From contig JBDRMK010000017.1 in the NCBI GenBank assembly GCA_043812155.1, forward strand, positions 77,824 to 141,823: a stretch of 64,000 nucleotides of DNA, in the 5' to 3' direction. This DNA comes from Patescibacteria group bacterium (GTDB lineage Bacteria; Patescibacteriota; Patescibacteriia; JAXHNJ01). Each line of letters starts with the position of its first letter. Position 1 is the first letter of the stretch. A program made the position numbers and the translations under genes. Positions 9,683 through 20,400 of the stretch are shown piece after piece. The notes under the pieces were generated by a model. That model searched no databases. It was not told where the DNA came from and worked only from the letters and a program-made list of their open reading frames with translations.

Positions 9683-12600
9683 GTGTTATGAAATTTATCA
9701 GGATAAAGCTCTTTTGTTGAGCCTATAACGTCCGACAATTCCTTTGCTTCCTCCTGTATTTCGTCGGCGTTCCTTTTGGCGTATAATTTTAACTCTTCAA
9801 TAAATTTCAGAAAAGCCTGCTGTTCGGTCAAAAGCCCATACTTCTCTAAATCTTTATACTTTTTTGCATTTTTCATATTATTATCCAAGGTTAAAGCCAA
9901 TTGCTTAAGGATAATCGTGTTTGCGTCGCTGGATAAATGCTGGGCGGCGCTTTTGTTATAACGGTTGCGAGGAAAATTATTCAAGATACCCTGCCAATTA
10001 TTCATCAGCAAAGCCAAGCCCATCCCGCCGACGATATGAAAACGTTTGCCTGTTTTCGGATCTATTCTTTCTCCGCCATAGCCCAAGCGGTTGGATCTAC
10101 GGATAATGGTCTCGGGATCGCGTTTGGCCATTTCAATCATGTTGCGCGCCTCCTGCTCATGCGGATCACGGGCCCGGTAACGGCCGTTTTTCACCCCGAC
10201 GCTCTGGCCAAAAGTCCAATGATCAATGTTTTCGGCCATATTAGATAAATCATTCTGCAGGGCAAGCGCTTCCTGCGTCGGACTGCCAAGCTGTTTCATC
10301 ACAATCTGTTTCATAAAATCGGTCAAACCCTGCTGATTGGAATCAAAATAAAGCCCTTTTTGTTTCGCTTCCCAGCCTTTTGCCGCCTCTTCGGCCGTGA
10401 CTGAACGATCTTCTTTGTATTGAGTTGCGTTCAAAATTTCATTCAAGTGGCCGACCCGGGCGGACTGCATCAGAACGCCGTTGGCCCGGATACGGTCTTT
10501 ATTTTTCAGCGCGTCTTTAAACATATAGATCAATTCGTCCTCATTTGTCGTATCTAATTTATTCATTTCTTCCCGTTCCAAAAGCCTCCGGGCGCGCAAA
10601 GAATAAAAAGCCTGCGGCCCCATGGCTCCCACTTTTTTATCTTCCAAGCGGGAGATATTATCACGAATTTTTTTCATTTCTTCCTCATGAGATTTTTTGT
10701 CCTCAGGGCTAACCGGATTAGTCGCTAATTTCACATCCAACTCCTTTACCTCATCCTGCATTTTTTTATGCTCTTCGGCCATATCGCCCCGCCAATCCTC
10801 GGTAAAATTCCACTTAGGGTCAAGGGTGATGGGGGCGGTCAGACTGTTGGCCAGATCGCCCTGCAATTGGGTCATTTTTTCCCTGGCTCTTTTTTGCCGG
10901 TCATTTCCGTCCGTCCCGCCCATTTTTATCGCTTCGGCGATTGCCTGTTTTTCCTTATCAATATCCTCGGAGATTTTAATCTGCGGCGCGTATTTTTTAC
11001 TCAATTCTGCGTGCAGTTTTTCCGCCTCCATCGCCCGCTCGTTCAATTTACTTTTTTCTTCGGGTTTATCCTTTGTCTTTGCCTCATCCCGCCAAGACTT
11101 TATCATTTCCGGCAATCTTCTTATATTTTCCATCAGCGCCGCGCTAAAACCTTTTTTCAACTCCTGGCTCATGCTATTAGGATCAAGGGTATTTGATTTA
11201 TTGTTAATAAATTCATCCAAGGCTTTCATGTCGCCCTCTTTATCTTTTTTCTCATCCTGCATTTTTTTATGTTCATCATGCGTATAAAAACCCCCTTTTT
11301 TTTCTATTTCTTCAACCTTTCCATTTTCTTTATCAATTTCGGCTTGTATACCTTTAACACGTGTATCGCCACCCATCAACGAGCGGGGCAAGCGGTTAAA
11401 AACCCCTCTCCAGCCTAAAAAAGCCTCCGCTGAATCGCGCGGCGCGCCGAGCATGCCGCCGATGGTTCCCAAAACACCGCCTTTTTGCAGCATCTGGCCG
11501 GCTCGGCCCTGGCCCACAATTTCCCGATCGCGGGTTTTTTTCTCCCGGGCCTCCTGAATGCCCTTCCAGATGCGCTTCGGGCTTAAACCGATCCCCGTTC
11601 TTTCGTGCAGACGACTTTCGCCGTAGCCGAGTAGAGATCTAATTGGCTTTATACGAGAGGCGATTCCTAGTCCGATTGCGCCGCCGGCCAATCCGGCCGC
11701 GCCTAAGGTCGCCGCCTTGCGCAAAAGCCCGCCGGTTTTATTCTGCGCCCAGGATATGGCAGAGCCGCCGGCTACCCCCATCTGCTGGCCCATCATCAGG
11801 GCGCCGATAAGCAAGGAAATGGAAATAATATAGCTTAAGAGCCGGTCAGAAGAAGAAACTTCGGAAATAGTGGTGTAAAATTTATTGGCGGTCGCCGAAC
11901 CTGGCTGTGGAGAACCACTTTCAATCACGGCCGGCTGCTCTATGCTCATCGCGTCCGGGCTCACATTCAACTCCTTTTGCGCTAAACTTTGGTCAGCGCC
12001 GCGGGTGGTCATGATCGTCAGGGCCAGCCAGAGGAAAAAAGCGAGCATCGGTCCGCCGGTCAGATTTTTCCCGAAATCGCCCCACCAGCGGGAAGCGAAT
12101 TTTTCCCCGCCCCCCGGCCAGGTCTTCAAGAGAAAAGCGACCGGCGATAAAACGATCAAAACCCAAAGCCAGATAATGCGCATCAGAAGAACCAAAGTGA
12201 TGGCGATCATGACGATCAAAGCGATGGTCACTAAAAGCAGAGCTAAAAGCAAAGAACCAATGATATCCTTGAATTCATACGTCTGGTCGCCGGCCAGCGT
12301 GATCTGAAGCATCTCTTTTATCCCGAGGGCGTTGGCGAAAGTCCCGGCCGCCACCCCGGAAAAAGCGTTGACAAAAGTCAGCATGATCACCTGGAAAATA
12401 TCAATGAAAAAGCCGCAGATAAATTTGGAGAAATTGATCAAAAAAGCCATCAGGATCAGGCGGCCGAGCATCTTATTGTAGCGGTAGGTTTCCCATTTCA
12501 GGATAGTGCCAAAAGCCATCATCAGCAGAATCCCGATAAAGAACATATTGCAGACGTCTCGGGTGATGACCCAGCCTTTGACCACGGCCGTGGCATTAGT

Positions 12601-12843
12601 AAAATCGTTGTATGAGGCGACCGCCACCAGCATCTGGATGACCGCCACCAGAAGTTTGGCAAACAAAACCAGAATGGCGTACAAAAGCCAGCCGATCGCT
12701 TTGCCGAACAGCTCGGAAATATCTATCAGGGCGTGCGCGCTCTGCGGCCAAAAGAGACCGGCCGCCACCACCACCGTAAGAAGAAGGGCGGTCGGCAGGA
12801 TTATTTTCGCTTTTTTTGTTTTAGGAAAAATCATGTTGATCAC
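9679..12843 (-). CDS. VirB6/TrbL-like polytopic membrane protein with long charged C-terminal tail
   Basis: GWVITRDVCNMFFI, LINFSKFICGFFID and RIIWLWVLIVLSPVAF motifs. Gly-rich segment followed by coiled-coil. Context with prgI/virB4. Confidence 0.75.
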   Translation of the reverse strand: MINMIFPKTKKAKIILPTALLLTVVVAAGLFWPQSAHALIDISELFGKAIGWLLYAILVLFAKLLVAVIQMLVAVASYNDFTNATAVVKGWVITRDVCNMFFIGILLMMAFGTILKWETYRYNKMLGRLILMAFLINFSKFICGFFIDIFQVIMLTFVNAFSGVAAGTFANALGIKEMLQITLAGDQTYEFKDIIGSLLLALLLVTIALIVMIAITLVLLMRIIWLWVLIVLSPVAFLLKTWPGGGEKFASRWWGDFGKNLTGGPMLAFFLWLALTIMTTRGADQSLAQKELNVSPDAMSIEQPAVIESGSPQPGSATANKFYTTISEVSSSDRLLSYIISISLLIGALMMGQQMGVAGGSAISWAQNKTGGLLRKAATLGAAGLAGGAIGLGIASRIKPIRSLLGYGESRLHERTGIGLSPKRIWKGIQEAREKKTRDREIVGQGRAGQMLQKGGVLGTIGGMLGAPRDSAEAFLGWRGVFNRLPRSLMGGDTRVKGIQAEIDKENGKVEEIEKKGGFYTHDEHKKMQDEKKDKEGDMKALDEFINNKSNTLDPNSMSQELKKGFSAALMENIRRLPEMIKSWRDEAKTKDKPEEKSKLNERAMEAEKLHAELSKKYAPQIKISEDIDKEKQAIAEAIKMGGTDGNDRQKRAREKMTQLQGDLANSLTAPITLDPKWNFTEDWRGDMAEEHKKMQDEVKELDVKLATNPVSPEDKKSHEEEMKKIRDNISRLEDKKVGAMGPQAFYSLRARRLLEREEMNKLDTTNEDELIYMFKDALKNKDRIRANGVLMQSARVGHLNEILNATQYKEDRSVTAEEAAKGWEAKQKGLYFDSNQQGLTDFMKQIVMKQLGSPTQEALALQNDLSNMAENIDHWTFGQSVGVKNGRYRARDPHEQEARNMIEMAKRDPETIIRRSNRLGYGGERIDPKTGKRFHIVGGMGLALLMNNWQGILNNFPRNRYNKSAAQHLSSDANTIILKQLALTLDNNMKNAKKYKDLEKYGLLTEQQAFLKFIEELKLYAKRNADEIQEEAKELSDVIGSTKELYPDKFHNT

Positions 12844-15800
12844 TTAAGCTCAACGATTAATTGACCGCAAGGCCGGCCGTTGTCCATGCCGCCTGAGCAG
12901 ACTCCGTCGGAACAACTGGCGCTTACTGCGACCCCGCCGGCACTATTATATATCGGCCGGCAGGTATCCACCGGAGCCCAATTTTGGATTAAATTGTTTG
13001 CGCAAGTGAAGGCATTATCAATTCCATCATAAATTAAAGGGCAGGTCCCACCTATACAATTGAGATTGCCGGCCGGATTGCACCAGCCGCCCTCATTTGA
13101 GCCCGCCCCTTCCAAATAGGCCGGGTTTTTATTGCCGTTATGGCAGACAGAATCATACATCGTGCCCCGCTTCGGATTAGCCGAACACCAGCCCCAGTTA
13201 TCTTCCAGGAGAATGTGGATATTATAGGTACAGCCTTCGCTATTATGGCAATTGGTACCGTTATAAGTATGGGTGAATATGTGGGGATTGTTGGGATCGT
13301 CTTTGGATTTATAGCCGGCCGCCGGCGAATCTCTGGCTCCGTCGCCCCAGTCGATCCAAATGGTCCTTAAAGGCTGCTGCTCGGTGTCCACCCGGCTGTT
13401 AAAAGACAGTCTGACCTTACCGCCGTCCCGGCCCAGTCTGACCGTAGTGGAAGAACCGTCGCCTAATTTAATATTCTTGACTACCGGCGCGTAGGCGCAA
13501 AAAGTATTTTCGTTAAGAGGATCGTAAGCCGGCCGGACAGAGCTTGGACAGACGGTCACCGGCGGACCCCAAACCGGCACGAAACGCTCCTGAAGTTCAG
13601 CATTACTCCCAGAAACTAATTGATATGTATTTACGAATGGCCCGCTGGTTTGCCATTCATAAATGCCGTAACTGCGGGTAAATAAAGCCCGGATGTTTAA
13701 TTCGGCAAAAAGTTCAGCTGGCTCATTTGTCCAAACATGATAGGCATCCACTGCCTCGCAGGAGGCTTTGGTAATACGAAGCAAATCCTTGCCATGAAGC
13801 CGGTCAAAGCAATAGTATCTTTTCCTGTTGTTCCAAACATAACCGGCTCCTTCGCAGGCGGCTTGAGACGTAAGAGCGGTCTCATCACCAAGAGTAGTCG
13901 GATTTAAACACCACCAGATAGGCAGAGTAGTATTAAGATATGGCCACATATTAATAGTTTGGGAGCCGCGATAACTGCCAGCGCCGCCGGCGCAAGGCCC
14001 GAAATCAACCGGCGGCGAGGTATTCTGAACACAATCTGAATCCATGACGCAAGAAACCGCTGCCCCGGCAGGATTTTTTCGGGCGCAGCTGCCTACTCCT
14101 ATGCAGACACCCTGGGCCACAGTGGTATCGGGATATTGGCCGAGACAATCTATGTTATTAAGGCAAGCCACGCCGTCTTTATTGCCGCCGCCCCAGCAGA
14201 TCCGCTTGGAGCAATCGCCGACGCAGGCGTAAGACTTGCCGGCCCGCACCTGAAAAGGAGACTCCGGAAAATTATAAGTATCCGCTTCTTCCGCTGACAA
14301 AGTCGGCCAGACGGCCGGATCGCCGCCTTCAGTCACCGCGCCGCCATATGGGGTAAAATCCGTGGTCAGGGAATAATTCAATTGCGGCACTTTATAACCG
14401 CTGGAATTTATTTTTCCGGCCCAGGCCGCGTTCTCGCCCCCTTCAGTCACCACTTCAACCAATTTCGTGCAAAATTCCTTAGGATAAAAGGTTAAACGGG
14501 AAATATAGAAAACGGCGTTACCTCCCAATAAATCATTATCATCTTTCATTATCATAACCGCCTTATCAAAGCCGCCGATACTATTAAATTGTAATTGGAT
14601 GCCCCCGGCAAAATTAAAAGAATTTGGACAACAAATGCCGTTAATGCCTCGCCCGCAACTGTTTGCCAGAGAATTAGGATCAGCCCAATCCTGGCTAAGC
14701 AACAACTGCTTGTTTTCCGCGCTGCATGTTCCTTCACTTACCCAGCCAGACCAATTATTGGCCGCGTTGAATTCAAAAGCGCCGTTTGCATTGGAAGAAT
14801 GATCAAAAGTATAAGACGCTGTGACTTTAATAGTGTTATCCTTCAACAAATACTTGCTATAATCTTTGCCCGGCGTAGACGCGGTATAATAACGTAAGTG
14901 ACCGCATTGGGCCGGACTACCGTCGCCGTAGATAAAATATTTTATCATGTGTGAACCATCATGGACTCCATAACAAAAGGCCGAACCATTTAAATCGCAA
15001 TTTTCATGACACTCTTCATTAGAATTGTCAGATGCGCAATAATAATTGCCGCCAGACCAAGATTGCCACACTGTGCCATTGGCTGGAATATCCTGACAAT
15101 AGACCTGCGGCTTTTGCGCCCCTAAAACTCCTAAAGATTCAGCGCAGTAATACAAGGGTGTGCGGCCGGAATAGCCCGCGGTTTCTTCCGCGCCGAATAG
15201 ATTGGATTCGCCGTAAAGGATATCCACCGGCCACCAGGAGAGGCAGAGGCTTTCGTTATCAGGATCGCGCTGCAGGCAATAGCCGCGCCAGCCCCGCTGG
15301 TAAATGCCGTTGCTGTCGTAATATTCGCAGGAAGGCGCGTCCTCCTGAGGGTAAAGCCGGCAGCTGCGATTCAGGAAAACTCCGGCTCCCACCTGCAGGA
15401 CCGGCTCAATTTTTATTTCATCCACGTAAAAAGGCTGGGCGCTGCCTTCAACCGCATAAATATCCAGATAAGTGTAGGCGCCGCCGACGCCAGGCGCTGC
15501 CGGAGTGGTAATATACTGCCAGCCGCTGGTCAAAGTATAAGTGCCCAAAACGCTTACTTTCGGGTTATTGCCGCCCGAATTTAAAGAGAATCTCACTTTC
15601 TGCGGGTCGGAATTTTCGGATTTTATCTTCAGGTTAACGGCATATTTAGAAGAAACGCTGGTGTCGCCGGAAGCTTGCACTCTGACGCCCTGATTTAAGC
15701 TGTCCATATCGCCTATCTTTAAGACGTAATTGCTTTTTTTATCCTTAGCGGCCGGATCCTCAACGATCTCGATAGTGGTAGGATTGGTCGCCACATTAGG

Positions 15801-17423
15801 ATATTTAGTGAAATTAGTCCATTTTTTTATATCATAGTTGTAACTCGTATCCTCAAAATCATAATTTTTAATCCTTACTTTTTCGCCTACTTCTGTCATG
15901 GCCGACCAGGGATAATAGCCCCTGACCAAGGGACTGCCGGCCTGATACTGCCAGTCAAGACCGGCGATAACCGAACCGGAAAGCCATTTTAACTGGTTGA
16001 TCTCATCCGGGGTGCGGTAGGTCATTTCCTCCTGGGGCAGATCAACATAGCTTGAGCATTGGTTTGATTTGTTCAATGAAGTGCAGGCGGTCAAATTCAA
16101 GCAAAGCTCTTCCGTTTGATTGGTTTTTGGATCTTTTTGTTCGATACCCGTGTTGCAGGTCAGCCACTTGGCGCATTCCCGGTCTTTTTTCACTTTTAAA
16201 ATGACGTTGGCGTCGCAGCGCGGATAAGTGCCGTAGCAGCCGGCCAGGGCCGGACTATTAAAAAGACCGTCGTCCTCGCACCGCGCCTGGCCGGAGCAAG
16301 TGCCGGGCTGGCAATCGCTATCCACGGCGCAGGCCTGGCCGTCGTTCGGTCCGCCGACGCAAACCGGGCAATCAGCGTCAGTCACGCAAGAAACAGCCGA
16401 ATTGCTGGCGCAGCTCCGGTAGCAATCAACGCGGTTGCACTGGTAAGGATCGCCGGTAAGACCCGGGTCCTGGGAACAGACTCCGCCCGGCTGGCAGGTC
16501 TGGCCGGAAGCGCAGATGAAACCGCAGTGCTCACAGTTGGAAACCAAGGTGGCTGTGCCCACGTCGCAATACAATCCGGTTGGCGAGCATTCGCCGATGG
16601 GGATATTGCCGTCGCACTGGCCGGTGGTAAAGACCCGGTCGCCGCCCGAAGAAGTGACAAAAGAAAATTCGCCGCTTTGAGAGGAATTGCCGGCTTCGTC
16701 AAAAGCCTGCACCCGGTAAAAATAAGTGGCGCCAGGCACCAAAGCCAAGGCCGTGGCCGGAGGCAAATGCAAAGTATGGACCACGATATAAGGGCCGGCG
16801 TTGTCATTGGCCCGGTTTTCCAGAGGCAAATAAGCGTCAAAGTTCGGCGAGGAAGTGGCGCCGTAGGCGATGGCCACATGGGCTTCTTCGCTGGTATAAA
16901 TTTCGACATCGGCATCGGTGTCATTAGCTCCCACCCGGATAAATGTAATAAAGGGAGCGTCTTTGTCCGCGCTGCCGCCCGGAGTGACAAAAGGCCGGTC
17001 GACGCTTGTTTTTTCTTCGCCTTTATCCGTTTTGGAAACGACCTGATAATGATAAGTGGTATTGGCTTTCAAGCCGCCGATGGAAACGCGGTGAGTTTTT
17101 ACATAATCCGCCTGATGGCAGGTATCGCAGGTGAAATCATTATAATTAGTGTCGGTTCCTATTCTCACCGTAGAATCCGCTAAAAGATTGGTGTCCCAAA
17201 CAATGGTCACGGAAGTTGAGGTCAAAGAGCTTAGATGAATATTGGTAATATAAAGAGAGGTGGTCTGGGCGCGGGCTGACGGAATGGGAAAGACCATAGC
17301 GCTCTTAAGCTGGGTAAAAGAAAAATTTACAGACCAGGCGGAAAAGACCAAGGCAAAAACAAAACTCAAGGCGAAAAACGCCATTTTCGGCCGGAGTTTA
17401 AATTTTTCTTTCATTTTTATCAT
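12840..17423 (-). CDS. Giant exported Cys-rich protein (2x Fn3, CBM-like, PKD-like)
   Basis: Signal/TM segment. Fn3 motifs VTIVWDTN..LKANTTYHYQVVS, NYDFE..FYVDEIKI jelly-roll, IDWGDG. Confidence 0.8.
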   Translation of the reverse strand: MIKMKEKFKLRPKMAFFALSFVFALVFSAWSVNFSFTQLKSAMVFPIPSARAQTTSLYITNIHLSSLTSTSVTIVWDTNLLADSTVRIGTDTNYNDFTCDTCHQADYVKTHRVSIGGLKANTTYHYQVVSKTDKGEEKTSVDRPFVTPGGSADKDAPFITFIRVGANDTDADVEIYTSEEAHVAIAYGATSSPNFDAYLPLENRANDNAGPYIVVHTLHLPPATALALVPGATYFYRVQAFDEAGNSSQSGEFSFVTSSGGDRVFTTGQCDGNIPIGECSPTGLYCDVGTATLVSNCEHCGFICASGQTCQPGGVCSQDPGLTGDPYQCNRVDCYRSCASNSAVSCVTDADCPVCVGGPNDGQACAVDSDCQPGTCSGQARCEDDGLFNSPALAGCYGTYPRCDANVILKVKKDRECAKWLTCNTGIEQKDPKTNQTEELCLNLTACTSLNKSNQCSSYVDLPQEEMTYRTPDEINQLKWLSGSVIAGLDWQYQAGSPLVRGYYPWSAMTEVGEKVRIKNYDFEDTSYNYDIKKWTNFTKYPNVATNPTTIEIVEDPAAKDKKSNYVLKIGDMDSLNQGVRVQASGDTSVSSKYAVNLKIKSENSDPQKVRFSLNSGGNNPKVSVLGTYTLTSGWQYITTPAAPGVGGAYTYLDIYAVEGSAQPFYVDEIKIEPVLQVGAGVFLNRSCRLYPQEDAPSCEYYDSNGIYQRGWRGYCLQRDPDNESLCLSWWPVDILYGESNLFGAEETAGYSGRTPLYYCAESLGVLGAQKPQVYCQDIPANGTVWQSWSGGNYYCASDNSNEECHENCDLNGSAFCYGVHDGSHMIKYFIYGDGSPAQCGHLRYYTASTPGKDYSKYLLKDNTIKVTASYTFDHSSNANGAFEFNAANNWSGWVSEGTCSAENKQLLLSQDWADPNSLANSCGRGINGICCPNSFNFAGGIQLQFNSIGGFDKAVMIMKDDNDLLGGNAVFYISRLTFYPKEFCTKLVEVVTEGGENAAWAGKINSSGYKVPQLNYSLTTDFTPYGGAVTEGGDPAVWPTLSAEEADTYNFPESPFQVRAGKSYACVGDCSKRICWGGGNKDGVACLNNIDCLGQYPDTTVAQGVCIGVGSCARKNPAGAAVSCVMDSDCVQNTSPPVDFGPCAGGAGSYRGSQTINMWPYLNTTLPIWWCLNPTTLGDETALTSQAACEGAGYVWNNRKRYYCFDRLHGKDLLRITKASCEAVDAYHVWTNEPAELFAELNIRALFTRSYGIYEWQTSGPFVNTYQLVSGSNAELQERFVPVWGPPVTVCPSSVRPAYDPLNENTFCAYAPVVKNIKLGDGSSTTVRLGRDGGKVRLSFNSRVDTEQQPLRTIWIDWGDGARDSPAAGYKSKDDPNNPHIFTHTYNGTNCHNSEGCTYNIHILLEDNWGWCSANPKRGTMYDSVCHNGNKNPAYLEGAGSNEGGWCNPAGNLNCIGGTCPLIYDGIDNAFTCANNLIQNWAPVDTCRPIYNSAGGVAVSASCSDGVCSGGMDNGRPCGQLIVELK

Positions 17424-17436
17424 AATTATTTGATCG

Positions 17437-20400
17437 TTAATGGGCGCAATTAATTTTGGCGTCGCAGGAAGTTATCCGGTAATGGTAGCGGCTGTTGGCT
17501 TTCAAATTTATCAGCTCAAGGCTGTGACTGGTGGTTAAACTCTCATCCTTGACGCAATCTCCCGGCCTGAGACATTCATCATCATCACCGTATAAATGAT
17601 CATAATCGCCTCCTATTTCTATGACGTAGTCCACCCGCGAGGTGGCCGGTTCATCCGTTTCCCAGGTAATGACCGCTTTGCGCTTGCCCGTGATTTCATC
17701 AAGACTGACGTCAACGTTGATCATCGTCAGCACGGGCGGCGCTACGTCATTTATAATAACGAAATTAACCAAATCGCTATCGGTGGAATTACCCGCGCTG
17801 TCATAGGCCGTGGCCTGCAAAGTGTGAGAACCCGGGCTCCGCGTGGTGGTATCAAATAAATAATCGTATGGAAAGCCTGTCCAAGTGACAAAAGGAGAAG
17901 CCTCGCTGTCTAAAATCAGTTCCACTCTGGTGACCCCGGCATTATCAGACGCTTCCACAGTAATATTGTAGCTCGCGGAAATTTCTTCGCCTTCGGTCGG
18001 AGTCAGGATCCTGACCACCGGCGCTTCCAGATCCGGTTCAGCTAAAGTTGTGAAAGAAATGGAAGAAGGACAGCCGGTGGAGGCAAAATTAGACTCTTCC
18101 GCCGTATCCCAAACCCCGATATTCAAATAATAGGTGGTGGAGGGCAGAAGATTTCCAATAAAGACCTCAAACGAAGTATTGATATCCGCCACGCCGATAA
18201 ATGAATGCAAAAGTGTGCAATCAGCATTCAGAAGGACGGCGATATCCGCCTGAGCGGGTTCTGAAGTATCAAAGGTCAAAATAGCGGAGTTATATGAGGG
18301 GTCAATATTGATATTGGAAATGACCGGCGGCTCTTGATCCGCTTCGCACAGGCCCGTATCTTCCGCGCACACAGGCGTGGCCGGCGGACAGGTATATTCG
18401 CATTGCCGGCAATCATTGACTAGTTGCAAGGCCGCATTGCAGTACTGTTTGGTCGTTTCATTACAGCCGCCTCTGGCCGTACCGTCGGCGCACTGTTCCG
18501 CGCAAGCATGGGTGCCGGTAGCATCGCAATAAGGTTCGGTTGACGTCGTCGAACAATCAAATGAACATTCCTGGCAATTATGGCCTACGGTCGGCGATAA
18601 TTGTCCGGGAGTGCAAAAACTGTCGCCTGATAACCGGCAGCAATACTGCGAAGCGGTATTGCATTGGCCAAAATTTGTCCCGTCCGGACAAGCCGGCAAA
18701 CATTGGCCGGTCGCGCTGCAGAAAGGAGTGGCCGCCGGACAGATATAGCCGCACTGCAAACAATTATTCACGAAGTTATTGGCGCTCTGGCAATACTGGG
18801 CGCCTGAACAGCTGCCGACTGGAGTGGTTATGTTGCAGCCTGGCTCACAAAGACCGTTAGAGGTATTACAGAAAATATTGCTGGCCGGACAGGTGTAGCC
18901 GCACTGCAAACAATTATTCACAAAGTTATTGGCGCTCTGGCAATATTGGGTACCCGAACAGCTGCCGACTGGAGTGGTTGAATTGCAGCCCGGCAAACAT
19001 TGGCCGGTCGCGCTGCAGAAAGGGGTGGCGGCCGGACAGATATAGCCGCACTGCAAACAATTGTTCACAAAATTATTGGCGCTCTGGCAATACTGAGTGC
19101 CGAAACAGCTGCCGACTGGGGTGGTTGAATTGCAGCCTTCTTCACACTGGCCGGTTGAGCTGCAGTAGGGAGTGGCAACCGGACAGGTGTAGCCGCATTT
19201 TGTTTGATTTAAAGAACAATTATTGGAAAGCTGTAAACTAATAGGATCGCAGTATAGCAAACCGGCATTACAACTATCTGGACTGGTGCCATCTAAACAT
19301 TTTTCCTCGCAGGCCTGAAGAGTAGTATTGCAGTATGGAGTGGCGGCTGGACAGGTATAGCCGCAGTGCACGCAATTCTTTGTTCCGTCCAAAGGCATTA
19401 AGGTCGTGCCCTGGCAATACTGCTGGCTTAAATTGCAAGAGCCGTCATCCGTGCCATCCGGACAGGCAGCCAGGGTGGTAAAATTTTTATCAGTTGAACA
19501 AATCTCTTGCGCTAAATTATTTTGAGAACAAACAATATAATAATACGAAGTTAATGGCAATAAATTATCAAGAATTAAAGCATGGTCAGTCGTCTGCGTA
19601 AAATCACTTTTATATGAATCGTAGGAAATACCATAATAAACTAAGGTGCCGGCATCGCCGACCGCCCAGAAAGCATTTGCTCCGGCTAAATATACGGCAT
19701 GCAAGGTTCGATTATTGCCACTAATCGAGGTATAATTTTGCCAGTTGGTACCAGCGTTATTGGTGCAGAAAAAACCGCCTGAACCCCCGACCACACAAGC
19801 ATTGTTTATTGAAAGAGCATAAATATTATTAAAAGATAAGCCAGAACCCGTTGTTTGAGAAATCCAAGTGCTGCCACCATTACTAGTCCGGAGAATTAAA
19901 TCGTAAATGCCGGCAATCCAGGCATTATTCGAATCTATCACTGCGATTTTACGAAGAGCATTGGTCGTACCGCTCGTCTGCCTATTCCAAGTGGCACCGC
20001 CGTTAGTCGTCTTAATTATTGTGCCGCTAGTCCCAACCGCCCAACCGTTATTCGCGTCATATACCTCAACTCCAATCAGCATGTTCGAAACTCCGCTAGT
20101 CTCTTTAACCCAGGTTAAACCGCCATCAACTGTATGCAAAACCGTTCCTAAATCACCGACCGCCCAAGCTTGCTGTCCGTCAATAGCGGCAATACTGAGA
20201 AGAGCCACGTTTACACCACTCACCTGCTTACTCCAGGTGGCACCGCCGTTAGTTGTTTTAATAATTGTGCCATTGGCTCCAACCGCCCAAGCAGTGTTTG
20301 CGTCAATAGCTTCCACGTCTAGCAAATTTACCGTAACGCCGCTTGTCTGCGCGGTCCAGAAATTAGAAAAATTAAGATTAGTGTGTAAAATAATTCCAGA

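Noticed and set aside
18690-19200. Possible CRISPR array or DGR template/variable repeat
   Set aside because: The repeats are in-frame coding units without unique spacers. No cas or reverse transcriptase gene is in the window.
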